Positions 39,933 to 52,697 of a stretch of DNA of 64,000 nucleotides are shown in pieces. Under the pieces are notes generated by a model, which searched no databases, was not told the DNA's origin, and saw nothing but the letters and a program-made list of their open reading frames with translations. The stretch is from Chiloscyllium plagiosum (lineage: Eukaryota). The DNA lies in assembly GCF_004010195.1 (NCBI RefSeq), contig NC_057711.1, positions 36,861,406 through 36,925,405 on the forward strand, given 5' to 3'. The position numbers and the translations under genes were made by a program. Numbering within the stretch: the first letter of the stretch is position 1; each line of letters begins with the position of its first letter.

Positions 39933-40250
39933 GTTTCACATTCAACAACCAGATATACGAACAAATCAACGGAACACCCATGGGCTCACCGATCTCGGGA
40001 CTCATAGCAGAAGCAGTAATGCAAAGGTTAGAACAAACAGTCTTACCACAAATTCAACCCAAACTCTGGGTCAGAGACAGGCCTCTATAAATGCCGGAGG
40101 AAACACCACAGAAGCGCTTCACTGGAGGCTCCCAAGCACTGAGGATGTCACCTAGACAGGGGACGAAACGTTTGCAACAAAAACTTCCAGCTCGGGGAAC
40201 AGAACCACAGCAACGAGCACCCGAGCTACAAATCTTCTCACAAACTTTGA
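39933..40250 (+). mobile_element. Internally deleted copy of the second Penelope family
   Basis: FTFNNQIYEQINGTPMGSPISGLIAEAVMQ fused directly to the terminal repeat. Confidence 0.85.
40136..40175 (+). ncRNA. Minimal type-I hammerhead ribozyme motif
   Basis: GCA-CTGAGGA-T-GTCACCT(AGAC)AGGGGAC-GAAAC-GTT-TGC: core boxes, helices I and II, palindromic ACGT helix III. Confidence 0.72.
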
Positions 40251-40416
40251 GTTATTGCAAGTTGTAATAACAAAATTCAAAAATATAACTCCCATTAGTG
40301 CATACACCAAAGCACAAATAAATAACATAAAAAACATAAATTAAGCATGCACATACATATATGCAATTAAGCAAATACTCACTAAAGGGCCCTTCAAAGA
40401 TGAAATACATACTTAC

Positions 40417-40428
40417 CGGGCTATGCCT
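40417..40428 (-). CDS. FCHO2: FCHO2 12-nt microexon, RHSP
   Basis: cttttacatgctgacttcag AGGCATAGCCCG gtaagt; phase 0-0; same as recalled human RHSP. Confidence 0.85.
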
Positions 40429-40527
40429 CTGAAGTCAGCATGTAAAAGATGAAAACCAAAAGAATAGTTTAATTATTCAGCTATGGAATTACACTGTAAC
40501 ATAATTATATCAAAAGGCAGATTTCTG

Positions 40528-40870
40528 ACCTTAGAGATTTATAGAATAATGAGGGGTATAGATAGGGTGAACAGCCAAGGTCACTTTTCTAAAATGGGGG
40601 AGTCCAAAACTAGAGGACATATGTTTAAGGTGATAGGGGAAAGATTTGAAAAGGACCTGAGGACAGTGCATGTATGGAATGAGCTGTCAGAGGAATTGGT
40701 GGAGGCGGAGGCGAATGCCTTTAAATGTGACAATTTTAAAAGGTACCTGGATGGGGATATGAATAGGAAGTGTTGAGGGGGATATGGGCTGGCAAATGGG
40801 ACTGGGTCAGATTGGAATGTCTGGGTGAGCATGGATGATAGATCTGATTCTGTGCTGCATGACTCCATGA
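40528..40870 (+). mobile_element. CR1 3' fragment
   Basis: EIYRIMRGIDRV..KTRGHMFKV..VWNEL; tail. Confidence 0.8.
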
Positions 40871-41599
40871 TTTTATAAAAAATATTTTTACAGTTATAAG
40901 TTCTCAGCTATACTTCAAGCCTTCAGTTAAGAATACTAAAGCCAGTTGGCAAGGTAAACTGAAGTTGGTGAATAAGCCAAAGGCCAAGTAAGGAGTCCAA
41001 TAAAGTGAAAGGTGTTCTTCATGGAAAACCTATCTTCAGGATCTTGTGAATTTTTGCACTGGCCTTCAAGCTGTACGTGTTGATTACACACTGCTCAATA
41101 TTAAGTTTGATAGATTAAAGTTACTATCAATAATAAAAAGTCATAGCTTCCATCATTAACATCAAAATTCATTATTTTTAGCTTCCTTTTTCACTCTTCA
41201 GCCCCAATTCTCAATAAAACAAATGCCCTTGAGCTAATTACCCAAAACTGCACAACCCCGTAATGTCAATTCTATTCAGAATTAGAAAGATGTGCTTTGT
41301 CTCTGCAGAAACTGAGGATCTTCTTAGTCTTAATTTAATTGCATGATTTTTGTATTCAAATTAGGACTGTTTGGAAGTGCAGAGTTTGGTGGTTTATATA
41401 AAGCTGGCATGAAGCTCATGAAAGATATACAAAAATCCAATTGACGTTTTGAGGATTTCTTGATTTGCTGTGCCAGAATCAGTAATGGGTTGAAAGATGC
41501 ATGATAACCATGAAACATCTCTTAACATGGCTTTCAGAGAACCTAATTCAATTCAAACTTGAACAAATATTGAAAAACAAATTAGACATTCACCAGATT

Positions 41600-41822
41600 G
41601 GTGAAAGTGAGGATTGCCGTTGCTGGAGATTCGAGTCGAATGTGGTGCTGGAAAAGCACAGCAGGTCAGGCAGCATCCGAGGAGCAGGAAAATTGATGAA
41701 TTGAAGGTGAAAGCACTTCATCAGGCCGAATGGCTGATGAAGGGCTTTTGCCCGAAACATCGATTTTCCTGTTCCTCAGATGCTGCCTGACCTGCTGTGC
41801 TTTTCCAGCACCACACTCTCAA
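41600..41822. repeat. Penelope fold-back element
   Basis: gtggtgctggaaaagcacagcaggtcagg and its reverse complement; CTGATGA-A-GGGCTTTTGCCC-GAAAC. Confidence 0.8.
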
Positions 41823-42816
41823 CCTCATTTGCCAGATTGAACTACTTATTCCCTAAAGAGTCAATATAATTCGGCACAAGATATCCAATTTCATCTTTAA
41901 CTTCAATTAATGATGAATCAACGGTATGATACTTCACAGCAAGAAACAATGGAGTGTCATAGCATTTATCAGATTCATTTAAAACATGTATTTATCTGGA
42001 ATACATAATATACTTATTATGTATCTTACAAACATATGATTTAGAGCAGAAATAAGCCACTCAAGCCATTCAATATGATTATGGCTGATCTGATTACTCC
42101 ACATTCCCACCTACCCAATAACCTTTAATCACCTGTTTTGTTATGGATCTATCCACCTTTATCTTGAAAGAATTTAAAGATCCTACTTCCACCAACCTCT
42201 GAGGAAGCCAGTTTCAAATACTCTCAAACGTTAAGGGGAAAAAAATCTCTTCCTCTGTCTTATGTAGGCAAAATCATGTTTTTAAACAGTGAGCCCTAGA
42301 TCTACACCTTCAATAAGAGCAAAGCTCCTCTTCACATGCACTTCGTCAATACCTTTTATGATCCTGTATGCTTCAATCAAGTCATCTCTCATGCTTCTAA
42401 ACTCCAGCAGATAAAAGCCCAGCTTGTCCAGCCATTGCTCATCAGTCAACCCACATTCTAGCTATTAGACTAGTAAATTTCCCTGAACTGCTTCAAATGC
42501 AGGTTTAACCTTCTTTTAAATAAGGAGACTAATTCTGACTAAGTCAGCCGATTATTGCATTTTGACCACCATCACCCACAGTGAAACTCTGCCTTCTGAT
42601 GAACAAAACCGGTGACAACAATTATGCTATAGTGTAACACCAAAACAAAAATAACTAGAAGCAATCATTATTGAAAAGAAACAATCATGAAAGCATAGTA
42701 AAATATTATTTAACATTATAAATTGAACATTTTTATGCACATTTTCAATGACCTCTAAGAACTAATTAGTATTTTAATATACTTCCAAAATTCCCAAACA
42801 GGCTTCACATCATCAT

Positions 42817-42962
42817 TGGGCATAAGCCCTTCTTCAGGAAGCCCTTCTTATGCCCGAAACGTCGATTCTCCTGTTCCCTGGATGCTGCCTGACCTGCTGC
42901 GCTTTTCCAGCAACACATTTCCAGCTCTGATCTCCAGCATCTGCAGACCTCACTTTCTCCTT
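42817..42962 (+). repeat. Penelope terminal-repeat remnant about 40 nt from an FCHO2 donor
   Basis: Same repeat family as 18417-18540. Confidence 0.8.
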
Positions 42963-43001
42963 CACATCATCATTGCCAAATAAAATGAAAATATTACTTA
43001 C

Positions 43002-43171
43002 AGATGGGGAGGGAGAAAGTGTAATATTCCCAATGGATGCTTTCAGTTCTTCCAATGTGTGGTTAGTACCATTATTTGGTTGAACAGGTTTTATTTGCAC
43101 ATGGAACTTCCTGGGTTCCTCATCCTCTGAGCCTGAATCACTTGATGAGTAGAAATTGTTTTCTTTGGCAT
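43002..43171 (-). CDS. FCHO2: FCHO2 exon, 170 nt, (N)AKENNFYSSSDSGSEDEEPRKFHVQIKPVQPNNGTNHTLEELKASIGNITLSPSPS
   Basis: AC acceptor, GTAAGT donor; FYSSSDS..EDEEP.K....IKP and LEELKASIGNI are typical FCHO/SGIP1 linker motifs. Confidence 0.95.
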
Positions 43172-43675
43172 GTTTTCATTAGTCAAGGGAGAGAAACACA
43201 ATTTTATGATTGCAATAGGATATTATGTTAGCCTAGGTTTAACATTTCAATGAACAAAAACATGTTCAATTTCTTCTTGCAATTGTGTGCAGGCATGAAA
43301 TGAATATTAACTTTGAATTCCAAACAACTAAATGTTTAGAAGACTTCTTTTCCACACCTGGTAGCACTTCACTATAATCCAATGTAATAATTTAGGATGT
43401 TAGCATACTTTTACTTTCCAATAGTTTATGTTCCAAACATTTAACATTTCAAGATTAATTACTAAATTGAAGTGCCAGTGAGAAATTAAGTTCTCATTTT
43501 ATTTAACATTCCTGTGATACCTAGCTAGTCGAAAGAGCAGTTTGTCTGAAATACAACAATTACAGCTATTTTCTGTAATGATCTGTCTTATTTCCATTTT
43601 GTACCTTACTGATTACCCCAAAGTATTAATGAAATGAAGGTAACTTGAAACATCTAATGTCAAACATAAGGATAT
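43172..43675 (-). other. U12-type (minor spliceosome) AT-AC intron, 504 nt
   Basis: Minus strand: 5' ATATCCTT, branch site TCCCTTGAC (43190-43182), 3' end AAAAC; removal joins A+AT=Asn in frame. Confidence 0.9.
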
Positions 43676-43733
43676 TGATTTGGTTCACTTCTGGCTTGAT
43701 ACAGTAACCCTCTTCATCCACCTCTGGAATATT
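43676..43733 (-). CDS. FCHO2: FCHO2 exon, 58 nt, NIPEVDEEGYCIKPEVNQI
   Basis: AG acceptor; ends at U12 donor ATATCCTT; contains the VDEEGY.IKP block of the muniscin AP2-activating linker. Confidence 0.93.
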
Positions 43734-44245
43734 CTATTAGAGAAACAGATATAATTGTTAACCAACGATGAGAACCAATTTTGTATAAGCTTAAAACTCT
43801 GCCAATTATTATTATAATTAAACCATATATATCAAGAAAGGCACTTCCAGCTGTATGCATACTATTAAACAAAATATATACATTGTACCATTTAAACTGT
43901 TAAAGGTGCTGTGCTGTGCAATAAAACTACTGTACACAATTTTTTTCCTTATGCAATTAAAAATAAGATGCTTTAAAATAATTTGTGAAACAGGTGAGCA
44001 ACAAATTTCCATGATATCCTGGTCAGCTGTACTGGGAACATGGGAAATAGAGCAGGAGTAGGTTATTCAGCCGATCAAGTCTGCTATGCCATTCAACTAG
44101 ATTATGGCTAATCTTGAACTCCAACACATTTTGCCGCACTATCAATTAATTATATTGGCCGACATGACATCAATTGTTAGTTACATTCTCAAGTGAACTT
44201 TAAAAAGGTTCTGCCATTTACATATGAAAGAATTGAAACCAACAT

Positions 44246-44455
44246 GTTCGCTCTAAAAGATGAGAGACTTAACAAACAATCTAGGTCTTTTTCAATATAT
44301 AATTTCAGTTACATCACACTGTAAACTTTTGCTATAAATTCTGTGTCTTATGATCTTATATTCCATAACCACCTGATAAAGGAGCAGCGCTCCGAAAGCT
44401 AGTGCTTCCAAATAAACCTGTTGGACTATAACCTGGTGTTATGTGATTTTTAACA
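44246..44455 (+). mobile_element. Short hammerhead-bearing repeat (third family; second copy about 56947-57073)
   Basis: Two similar copies: cac-CTGATAA/CTGGTGA-aggagcag.gctcc-GAAA..ctagtg..aataaacctgttggactat. Confidence 0.6.
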
Positions 44456-45649
44456 TTGTATAAATTACTTTCTTTAATATCCAGAAATCTATTGATTTCT
44501 GTCTTGAATATGCTCAATGGCTGTACCTCTGCAACCCTCTTTGATTGAAAACTCTAATGATTCGTCAACGCTGTTGAAGAAATTCACCCTCATTTTTCAT
44601 TAAGGGCCTATGTCTTATTTCCTGACTGAGACACTTGGACACGCCAGCAGGCAAGAGAAAACGTTCTTTCCTCAGCTACCCTGTTTAGCCCTGTAAGAGT
44701 TTCGTATGCTGATTGGGATCACTTCTCATTTTCTAAACTCTTGAGAAAACAGGCACAGTCTCCTCAGTCTCTCCTCATATGGCAATACATCCAACCCTGG
44801 AATCAGTCTGGTGAACTTTCTTTGCACCCTTTCTCAGGCAAGCATACGTATCCTCAGGTGAGGAAATCAAAACTGTACGTAATACTCCAGATATGGTCTC
44901 ACCAATGCTTCCTTACCCCTAAACTCAAATTCTTCCATAATAAAAGTCAACCCAGATTTCTTTTCTTCCCAATTCCTTACCATATATGTCACACTCCATT
45001 TCTGCTTGTACTATTAAAATGGATAATTTTCCTGTCATTAAGCACAACCTTCTGGCACAGAACAAACTCACAGGTGACCAGAAGAGAATAAATGTGGAAA
45101 TGTCAAAGATAATGAATTTACTTTCAATTCTCAAAACTGAATGAGTTTGGGTCATACTAAAACCTGCATATTTCTAGATTAGAATTAAGGAGAACAAGTA
45201 GCAAACAATTAACTGGACTGTGGGATATAGGTTGGTTATTCAAGTATTGCAACTTGCAATTATGCTGCTTGCCTTCATTTTAACAAATATTCAATTTTTA
45301 AGCACAGATGGTCAAATTTCCCATGCCTTGGGGAGCCCAGTAGTTTGGACAGATGAAAGAAAAGAGCCGAGGCTAGGTGAAAGTATAGCATTGCTTATGG
45401 TCAAGGACTGTGAGTGTTTCCTCAAGGCCAACACCACCTACCTCCTCCCAACTCCAGTATCATCAGAAACAATTGCTAATACCATCGCACCTCCAACTGG
45501 GACCTTACCACGCAATGTAGCAGGTGGTGTCATGGCAATCTCACTGGATCAGCACTCCAGACGTCCAGGGAAATGCTCTAGGTTACAAGGTCTCAAATCC
45601 CACCATAGCAGAGAGTGAATTAATGAAGCTGGAATTTCTTTTACTCAAC

Positions 45650-47290
45650 AGGCTTGTGAGGAAAATTATAAAGGTCTGACATAAAAACTACATGGATGCA
45701 AAATATTAAGAATTGGCTGAATAATTGGAATCAGAGAATAATGGTAAATGGATAGTTTGGAACTGGAGGAAGGTTTATAATGGAGTTCCCCGAGGTCAAT
45801 ATTGGGACCCTTGCTTTTCCCGTTATATATTCATGGTCTGGACTGTGGTATGAAGTGGACAATTTCAAAGTTTGCAGATAGCACTAACTTGAAAGAGTTG
45901 TAAACTGTAAAGCAGAGTGTGGAACACCAAAAGGACATCCACAAGTTGGAGGACTGGGCAGATAGGTGGTAGATGAGGTTCAATGCAAAGAAGGGTGAGG
46001 AGTGAGAGGTGATGCATTTTGGTTGTATGAACTTGAAAGACCATATAAAATAGGGAGTGCAATTCTCAAGGGGGTGCAGGCCAGGTGATGGTATAGTCGT
46101 GTTACCACTGGATTGTTAATCCAGAGGCCCAGGTAATGTGCTGGAGACCCAGGTTCAAATCCTACCATGGCAGATAATGGAATTTGCATTCAATAAAAAA
46201 ATCTGAGTAAGAGAGTAATGATGACCATGAATCCATTACCAATTGTTATGGGCAGCATGGTGGCTCAGTGGTTAGCACTGCTGTCTCACGGCATCAGGGT
46301 CCCAGGTTTGATTCCAGCCTCGGGCAACTGTCTGTGTGGAGTTTGCACATTCTCCCCGTGTCTGGGTGGGTTTCCTCTGGGTGTTCCAGTTTCCTCCCAC
46401 AGTCCAAAGATGTGCAGGTCAGGTGAATTGGTCATGCTAAATTGCCCGTAGTGTTAGGTGTATTAGTCAGAGGGAAATGGGACTGGGTGGGTTACTCTTC
46501 GGAGGATTGGTGTGGACTTGTTGGGCCGAAGGGCCTGTTTCTACACTGTAGAGAATCTAATCTAATCTCATGAGCACGATCATTGAAGAGATGGGTGGTG
46601 AAAGCAGCAATTAAATTACATAGTGTTCTCGGTTTTATTAATAGAAGCACAGAGCACAAGAACAGGGAGGTGATGTTGAACTTGTACAAGACACTTAGCT
46701 GTGGTATAGCTGTGGTATAGTTTACAGTTGTGGGTACTACGTTATAAGAAAGTAGTGAATGCATTAGAAATAGTATAGAAGCAACTTATAAGAGTGGTTC
46801 CAGGTATGAGAAATTCAGCTATGATAAGTTTAAGAAGTTGTTCTCCCTGAAGAGAAAACCGAAAGGAATTCTGATTGAGACTTTCAAAGTCATGAGCAGG
46901 CCGGATAGAATAGATTGGTAGAAGCCGTTCCTGCTCATAAAAGTGAAAAAAAGAGCAAGAGGGCATAGATTTAAAGTGATGTGCAAGCAAAACAAGGGCA
47001 ACGGGAAGAGGAAAGATCCTCTTCACATGCACTTCAAGACCCTTTATGATCCTGGCAATAGAAGAAAACACTTTTTCAAGATTTTTTCAGTGAGTAATTA
47101 GAATATGGACTGCCCTGTCAAAAAAGGTTGTGGAGGCAGGTTCAACTGAGGCATTCAAACAGGCATTTCATGATTACTTGGGGAACAAATGGTGTGCAGG
47201 AACATGGGGAAAAGGCAGGAAATTTACACTAGGTAATAGAAGTGTGCAGGCACAATGGGCCAAATGCCGTCTTTCTGTGCTGTAACAATT
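45650..47290 (+). mobile_element. Degenerate CR1 RT/3' fragment hosting SINE insertions
   Basis: Remnants of the GVPQGS.LGPLLF and KFADD regions; CR1 3' end near 47290. Confidence 0.7.
46250..46568 (+). mobile_element. HE1-type tRNA-derived SINE, full length
   Basis: A box TGGCTCAGTGG, B box GTTTGATTCC, core tgtgtggagtttgcacattctcccc, CR1-like 3' end, (AATCT)n tail. Confidence 0.88.
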
Positions 47291-47489
47291 CTGAAATCCT
47301 GTGACTTCTCTCATCCCCTGTCCCTCACCAATGAGGAAGATCCAAACCTACTCCCACATCAGGACTGAATACAATTTCTCTTCTCCCAAGCACTCCCAGC
47401 TTCACCTTCTCCCTATTTTTGCAACACATCTATCCCCAAATGAAATCTAGTCTATCAGGCTGTCTGTTACATGACAGGTGATGTCAAGA

Positions 47490-49260
47490 AACAGTCAAGT
47501 TCAACAGATTCAGAAAACACTACAGGACTTGACAATATCGTGGCCATAATGCTAAAGAACCTATGCTCCAAAACTAGGCAGGCCTCTAGCTAAGCTATTC
47601 CAGATACAGCATTGGTATCTATGTAAAAGTTTGGAAAACTGCCCAGTAACGTCATGTGCACAAAAGACCAAACAAATCCAATCAAGGCCAATCAGTCTAT
47701 TCTCAGTCATCAAAAATATGATGAAAGTTTGTCCTTGACAGTTCTATCAAGCTGTATTACTCACCAATAGCTCAATCATCGATACCTATTTTGGGTTCTC
47801 CCTCAACTACTTAACTCCATGCTGAATTCCAGAAATGAGGTGAGAGTGGCTGTCCCTGGCATCAAAGCAACATTTGACCACGGAATCATTATATTTGGCC
47901 TATTGTGCCTGCACCAACTCTGTGAACGAGTGACATGACCTAGTGCGATTCTCTTGTCCTATCCTTATAAGGCTGCACATCATTTCTATTTAAATAATTA
48001 TCTAATGCCCCATTGAATGCCTTGACAGAACCTGCCTTCTCTACATTTCGGAGCCCCACGTTATGTTTCAGGGATTTCTTAAGGGACTTTCTTAGGTCCA
48101 ATCATTTTAATTGATTCATCAACAACCTTTCTTCTATCATTTGGTCAGAGGTGGAGTGTTTGCTGGTGGCTGCAGTGTGCTCAATCCATAGAAACATAGA
48201 GTTTACTCTTTCATTCAACATGATCACTGCGGATTCTCTATCTGAACACCAAACTCCAATGCTCTCCCCATACCACTGACACCTTTAACTTCTAGAAAAA
48301 TATTTCTTTCTTAAATATATTTAATGATTTTGCCTCTGCAATCTTCAGTGGTAGAGAATTTCATGGGTTCTTGGGACCATGAACCCTTGTTCTGAATCTG
48401 CATCCACTCTATCAGACCTGTCAGAATGTTTCTAACATTTCATTGAGCATGGCCCACAGTCTTCTAAACTCTAGCGAATATAGTCCCAGGCAACCCAAAC
48501 TCTCCTTATCTAACAAACCTACTACAGCATACCAAGGAATCAGTCTGGTGAATCTATGTAGCACTCCCTGTATGACAAGTATATCTTGGGGAAGGAATCC
48601 AGAATTCCACGTAATATTTCAGGTGTAGACTCACCAAGGCCCAGCTTTCGTAAAACTTTTCCTCTCCTGTACTCAAATCCTCTTGCAATGAAGGCCAACA
48701 TACCATTTGCCTTCCCAAATGTTTGCTACATCTGCATGCTTGCTTTCAATGATCAGTGTACAAGAATATTTGAGTCGCTTGGTGCGTCAATCTTGCCTAA
48801 TCTATCCCAACTTTTCCCAATTCCTCAGAATATGCAGTAGTATGCGTCAACAGGTACTATTTTGATTTGATCAGAAGTTGGGAATTTGCAGTAAGTTTCT
48901 AGCCACCTGACTTCTCAAAGCTTTCACACCACCTATAAGTCACAAGTCAGGAATTCTCTGGAACACTTCCAACTTGCCTTAACAACTGTAGCACCAAAAA
49001 TGTTCATGTTCAACATCATCCAGAACAAAGCAGCTGTTCACCTAAAAGGCACCTCATTCACAGTCTTAAACATTTATACCGTGCTTCAGGTTAATTTCAA
49101 TGCAGTGTGTACCAATACTGCAGCAACTACCAAAGCTCCTTTGGCAGCATGTTTCAAATCTGTAACTCAAAGAATAATCCATCAGGCCCACAGAAACACC
49201 ATTCCAGGCAAGTTCAATTCCAAGTCACACAGCATCAGGACTCTGAAATAATGCTGAAAG
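47490..49260. mobile_element. Plus-strand LINE remnants (19285 family) interleaved with minus-strand CR1 pieces
   Basis: Similarity to the reverse complement of 20450-21350; boundaries approximate. Confidence 0.6.
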
Positions 49261-50044
49261 ATCAAATTCCAGAATTATAGAATGATTGTAGTTTCAATGG
49301 AGGCTATTTGGTCTCTCATCTTTGCCAGTTCTCTGTAAGAAAAATTCTGCTAATCTAAAATTTCTTCTTTAACCCTGAGCCCTGCAAATAGAAAATAGAT
49401 GGAATGGGCCACTCAGCCCTTCAAGCCTGTTCCAGAATTCAACATAGTCATGGCTGAACATCCAACTCAGTACTTTGTTCCTGTTTCCTCTCCATAACAT
49501 GAAGGTAAGAGACAGAGGGCGGTGGTGGAGGGTTGTTCTTCAGACTGGAGGCTTGTGACCAGTGGTGTTCCACAGGGATCTGTACTGGGTCCACTTTTCT
49601 TTGTCATTTATATAAACAAATTGGATGGTTAGTAAGTTTGCGGATGACACCAAAATTAGTGGTATAGTGGACAGTGAAGAAGGTTATCTAAGATTACAAA
49701 GAGATCTTGACCAATCGGGTCATGGGCTGAAGAATGACAGATGAAGTTAAATGTGGATAAATATGCAGCAGAGAGCGGCGGGAGCTGGACGGAAGTGAAG
49801 TCGGAGCACATAGCCGGTTGGGAAGGTAAGTGATTGTTATTTGAGTGGGTGTATTCTAGACTCCCTACAAAGTAGGCCCTCTCTCCCACCCACTTCCTCT
49901 AACCTAACTTTAAAGTCCACAGACTTGCCCCAAAAAGAGAGTCCAGGGAAGTTCCTGTTGAGAGAAGAGAGAGTCTTTAGCTCAGGAGTCTTCGACAAGG
50001 AGGTTGAGTGAAGTGATTATACCACAGTTGAAGAGGGTGAAGAC

Positions 50045-50980
50045 ATGACTGCCCAGCTGGTTCAGTGTGCTACGTGCATTATGTGGGAGGTCAACGATTC
50101 TGGTGTATCTGGCTTGTATATCTGTGGAAAGTGTGTGCACGTTCAGCTACTGACAGAGCATATCGCAGCACTGAAGAAAGTGAAGAAAGAACTCGAGGAC
50201 CTTAGGCTCATCCGAGAGAACAAGATCTTTCTGGACAGGACCTTCGGCGAGATTATTACACCGACCATACCAGAAGAGAGCAGAAGAGAGAAGACGATGA
50301 GGAAGGCAGAGAGGAGACAGGTGCAAGAAACCGCGGGGGAAGTACCTGTCAGGAACAAGTTGAACCTTTTGGAAACAGTAGAGACAGATGACACTGCCAG
50401 TCCACGAGGCGGTCAGGTCTGTCAATCAAAAGTTGGCGTGGAGGCAGAGCCGAGGAGTCAGACATCGCACAGAGCCGTGGTGATAGGGGACTCCATAGTG
50501 AGAGGAACTGAACGGGGTTTCTGTGGCAACAGGTGGGATTTACGGATGGTGTGTTGCCTTCCTCGTGCCAGGATTAAGGACATCGCAGACAGAATACAGG
50601 AAATCCTCAAGGGAGAAGGTGAAGAGCCAGAGGTGGTAGTACTTGTCGGCACAAATGATGTCGGGAAGACGAGGAGGAACATTTTACAGCGGGACTTCGG
50701 AGAACTAGGAAGAAGGCTGAAAAGCAGGACGTCCAGAGTGGTTATCTCCGGTTTGCTTCCAGTTCCTCAGGCTGGAGGGGCCAGGAACAGGGAGATAATG
50801 GACTTGAATGTGTGGCAGGGGAACTGGTGCAGGAAGCAAGGATTTAAATTCTTGGATCACTGGGGTATGTTTTGTGGTAAACATAAATTATACAAAAGAG
50901 ATGGTTTGCACCTTAATAGGTTGAGGACCAGCATTCTGGCAGGCAGGTTTGCGACTGCAACAGAGCTGCGTTTAAACTAA
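50045..50980 (+). CDS. CR1 ORF1p, 311 aa: zinc finger, coiled coil, SGNH esterase domain
   Basis: ATG..TAA; CATC..CGKC; VIGDSIV, VGTND, DGLHLN. Confidence 0.9.
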   Translation: MTAQLVQCATCIMWEVNDSGVSGLYICGKCVHVQLLTEHIAALKKVKKELEDLRLIRENKIFLDRTFGEIITPTIPEESRREKTMRKAERRQVQETAGEVPVRNKLNLLETVETDDTASPRGGQVCQSKVGVEAEPRSQTSHRAVVIGDSIVRGTERGFCGNRWDLRMVCCLPRARIKDIADRIQEILKGEGEEPEVVVLVGTNDVGKTRRNILQRDFGELGRRLKSRTSRVVISGLLPVPQAGGARNREIMDLNVWQGNWCRKQGFKFLDHWGMFCGKHKLYKRDGLHLNRLRTSILAGRFATATELRLN

Positions 50981-52104
50981 ATAGCGGGGGGGGAGGGGAC
51001 AAACTGGAAGTTTAAGAAGAAAATTGAAGGGAAAGTTAGAACAAGGGAAGTCAAGAAAGACAACGGTATCAATGAAGCAGAAAACTCAAAAAGAGATCGT
51101 GCCGTAAGATTGAGTGAAATAGGAGTTGATAGGAAGGGTGAGGGCAGTAACAAATTAAAAATACTATGTATGAATGCACGAAGTATTAGAAATAAGATGG
51201 ATGAGCTTGAGGCTCTTTTGGAAATTGGCAGCTACGATATTGTGGGGATAACTGAGAAGTGGCTTCAAGTAGACAGAGCCTGGGAAATGAATATTCAAGG
51301 CTATACGTGCTATTGTAAGGACAGACTGACGGGTGGCCCTGTAATATTCAGTCCCTTGCGCGGGGGGACCGAGAGTCAGGGGATGTCGAGTCAGTGTGGA
51401 TACTAAGGATAATACTAAGGGTAAATATTAATCGAAATACTAAGGGTAAAAAGACCCTCTTGGGAGACATCTACAGGCCCCCAAACAGTAGTCCCAAAGT
51501 AAATGCAAGCTATTGTCATTATAGTTGATAAGTCCTTTATCAAGGACTATTAAAGGACTATAAAGGAGGCATGGGTGGCCGTGGCTGACGAGGGAAGTTA
51601 AGAAACATATAAAGTCAAAAGAGAAAAAGTATAACATAGCAAAGATGAGTGGGAAAACGGAGGACTGGGAAGCTTTTAAAGAACAACAGAGGATTAGTAA
51701 GAAGGAAATAAGCAGAGAAAAAAATGAGGTACGGAGGTAAACTGGCCAAAAATATAAAGGAGGATAGTAAAAGCTTTTTTAGGTATGTGAAAGGGAAAAA
51801 AATGGTTAAGACTAAAATTGGGCCCTTGAAGACAGAAACAGGGGAATATATTACGGGGAACAAAGAAATGGTAGAAGAGTTGAATTGGTACTTCAGATCT
51901 GTGTTCACTGGGGAAGACACAAGCAATCTCCCAGAGGTAACAGTGGCTGAAGGGAATTTATATTTGCCAGGAATTGGTGTTGGAGAGACGGTTAGGTCTG
52001 AAGGCTGATACGTCCCTGGGGCCTGATGGTCTACATCCCAGGGTACTGAAGGAGGTGGCTCTAGAAATTGTGGATGCGTTGGTGATTATTTTCCAGAGTT
52101 CGAT

Positions 52105-52400
52105 AGATTAGATTAGATTAGATTACAGTGTGGAAACAGGCCCTTCGGCCCAACAAGTCCACACTGACCCACCGAAACGAAACCCACCCATTCCCCTACA
52201 TTTACCCCTTACCTAACACTACGGGCAATTTAGCATGGCCAATTCACCTGACCCTGCACATCTTTGGACTGTGGGAGGAAACCCACGCAGACACAGGGAG
52301 AATGTGCAAACTCCACACAGTCAGTCGCCTGAGGTGGGAATTGAACCCGGGTCTCTGGCGCTGTGAGGCAGCAGTGCTAACCACTGTGCCACCGTGTGCC
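52105..52400 (-). mobile_element. HE1-type SINE inserted in CR1 ORF2
   Basis: Reverse-complement match to 46250-46568; (AGATT)n tail; ATAGATT on both sides. Confidence 0.88.
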
Positions 52401-52697
52401 CAAATAGATTCAGGATCAGTTCCTGCTGATTGGAGGGTGGCTAATGTTATACCACTTTTTAAGAAAGGTGGGAGAGAGAAAGCAGGAAATTATAAACCAG
52501 TTAGTCTGACCGCAGTGGTGGGAAAGATGCTGGAGTCAATTATAAAGGATGAAATTACGGCACATCTGGATAGTAGTAACAGGATAGGTCAGAGTCAGCA
52601 AGGATTTATGAAGGGGAAATCATGCCTGACTAATCTTCTGGAATTTTTTGAGGATGTAACTCTGAAGATGGACAAGGGAGATCCAGTGGATGTAGTG

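Noticed and set aside
46250-46325. tRNA gene
   Set aside because: It is the tRNA-derived head of a SINE
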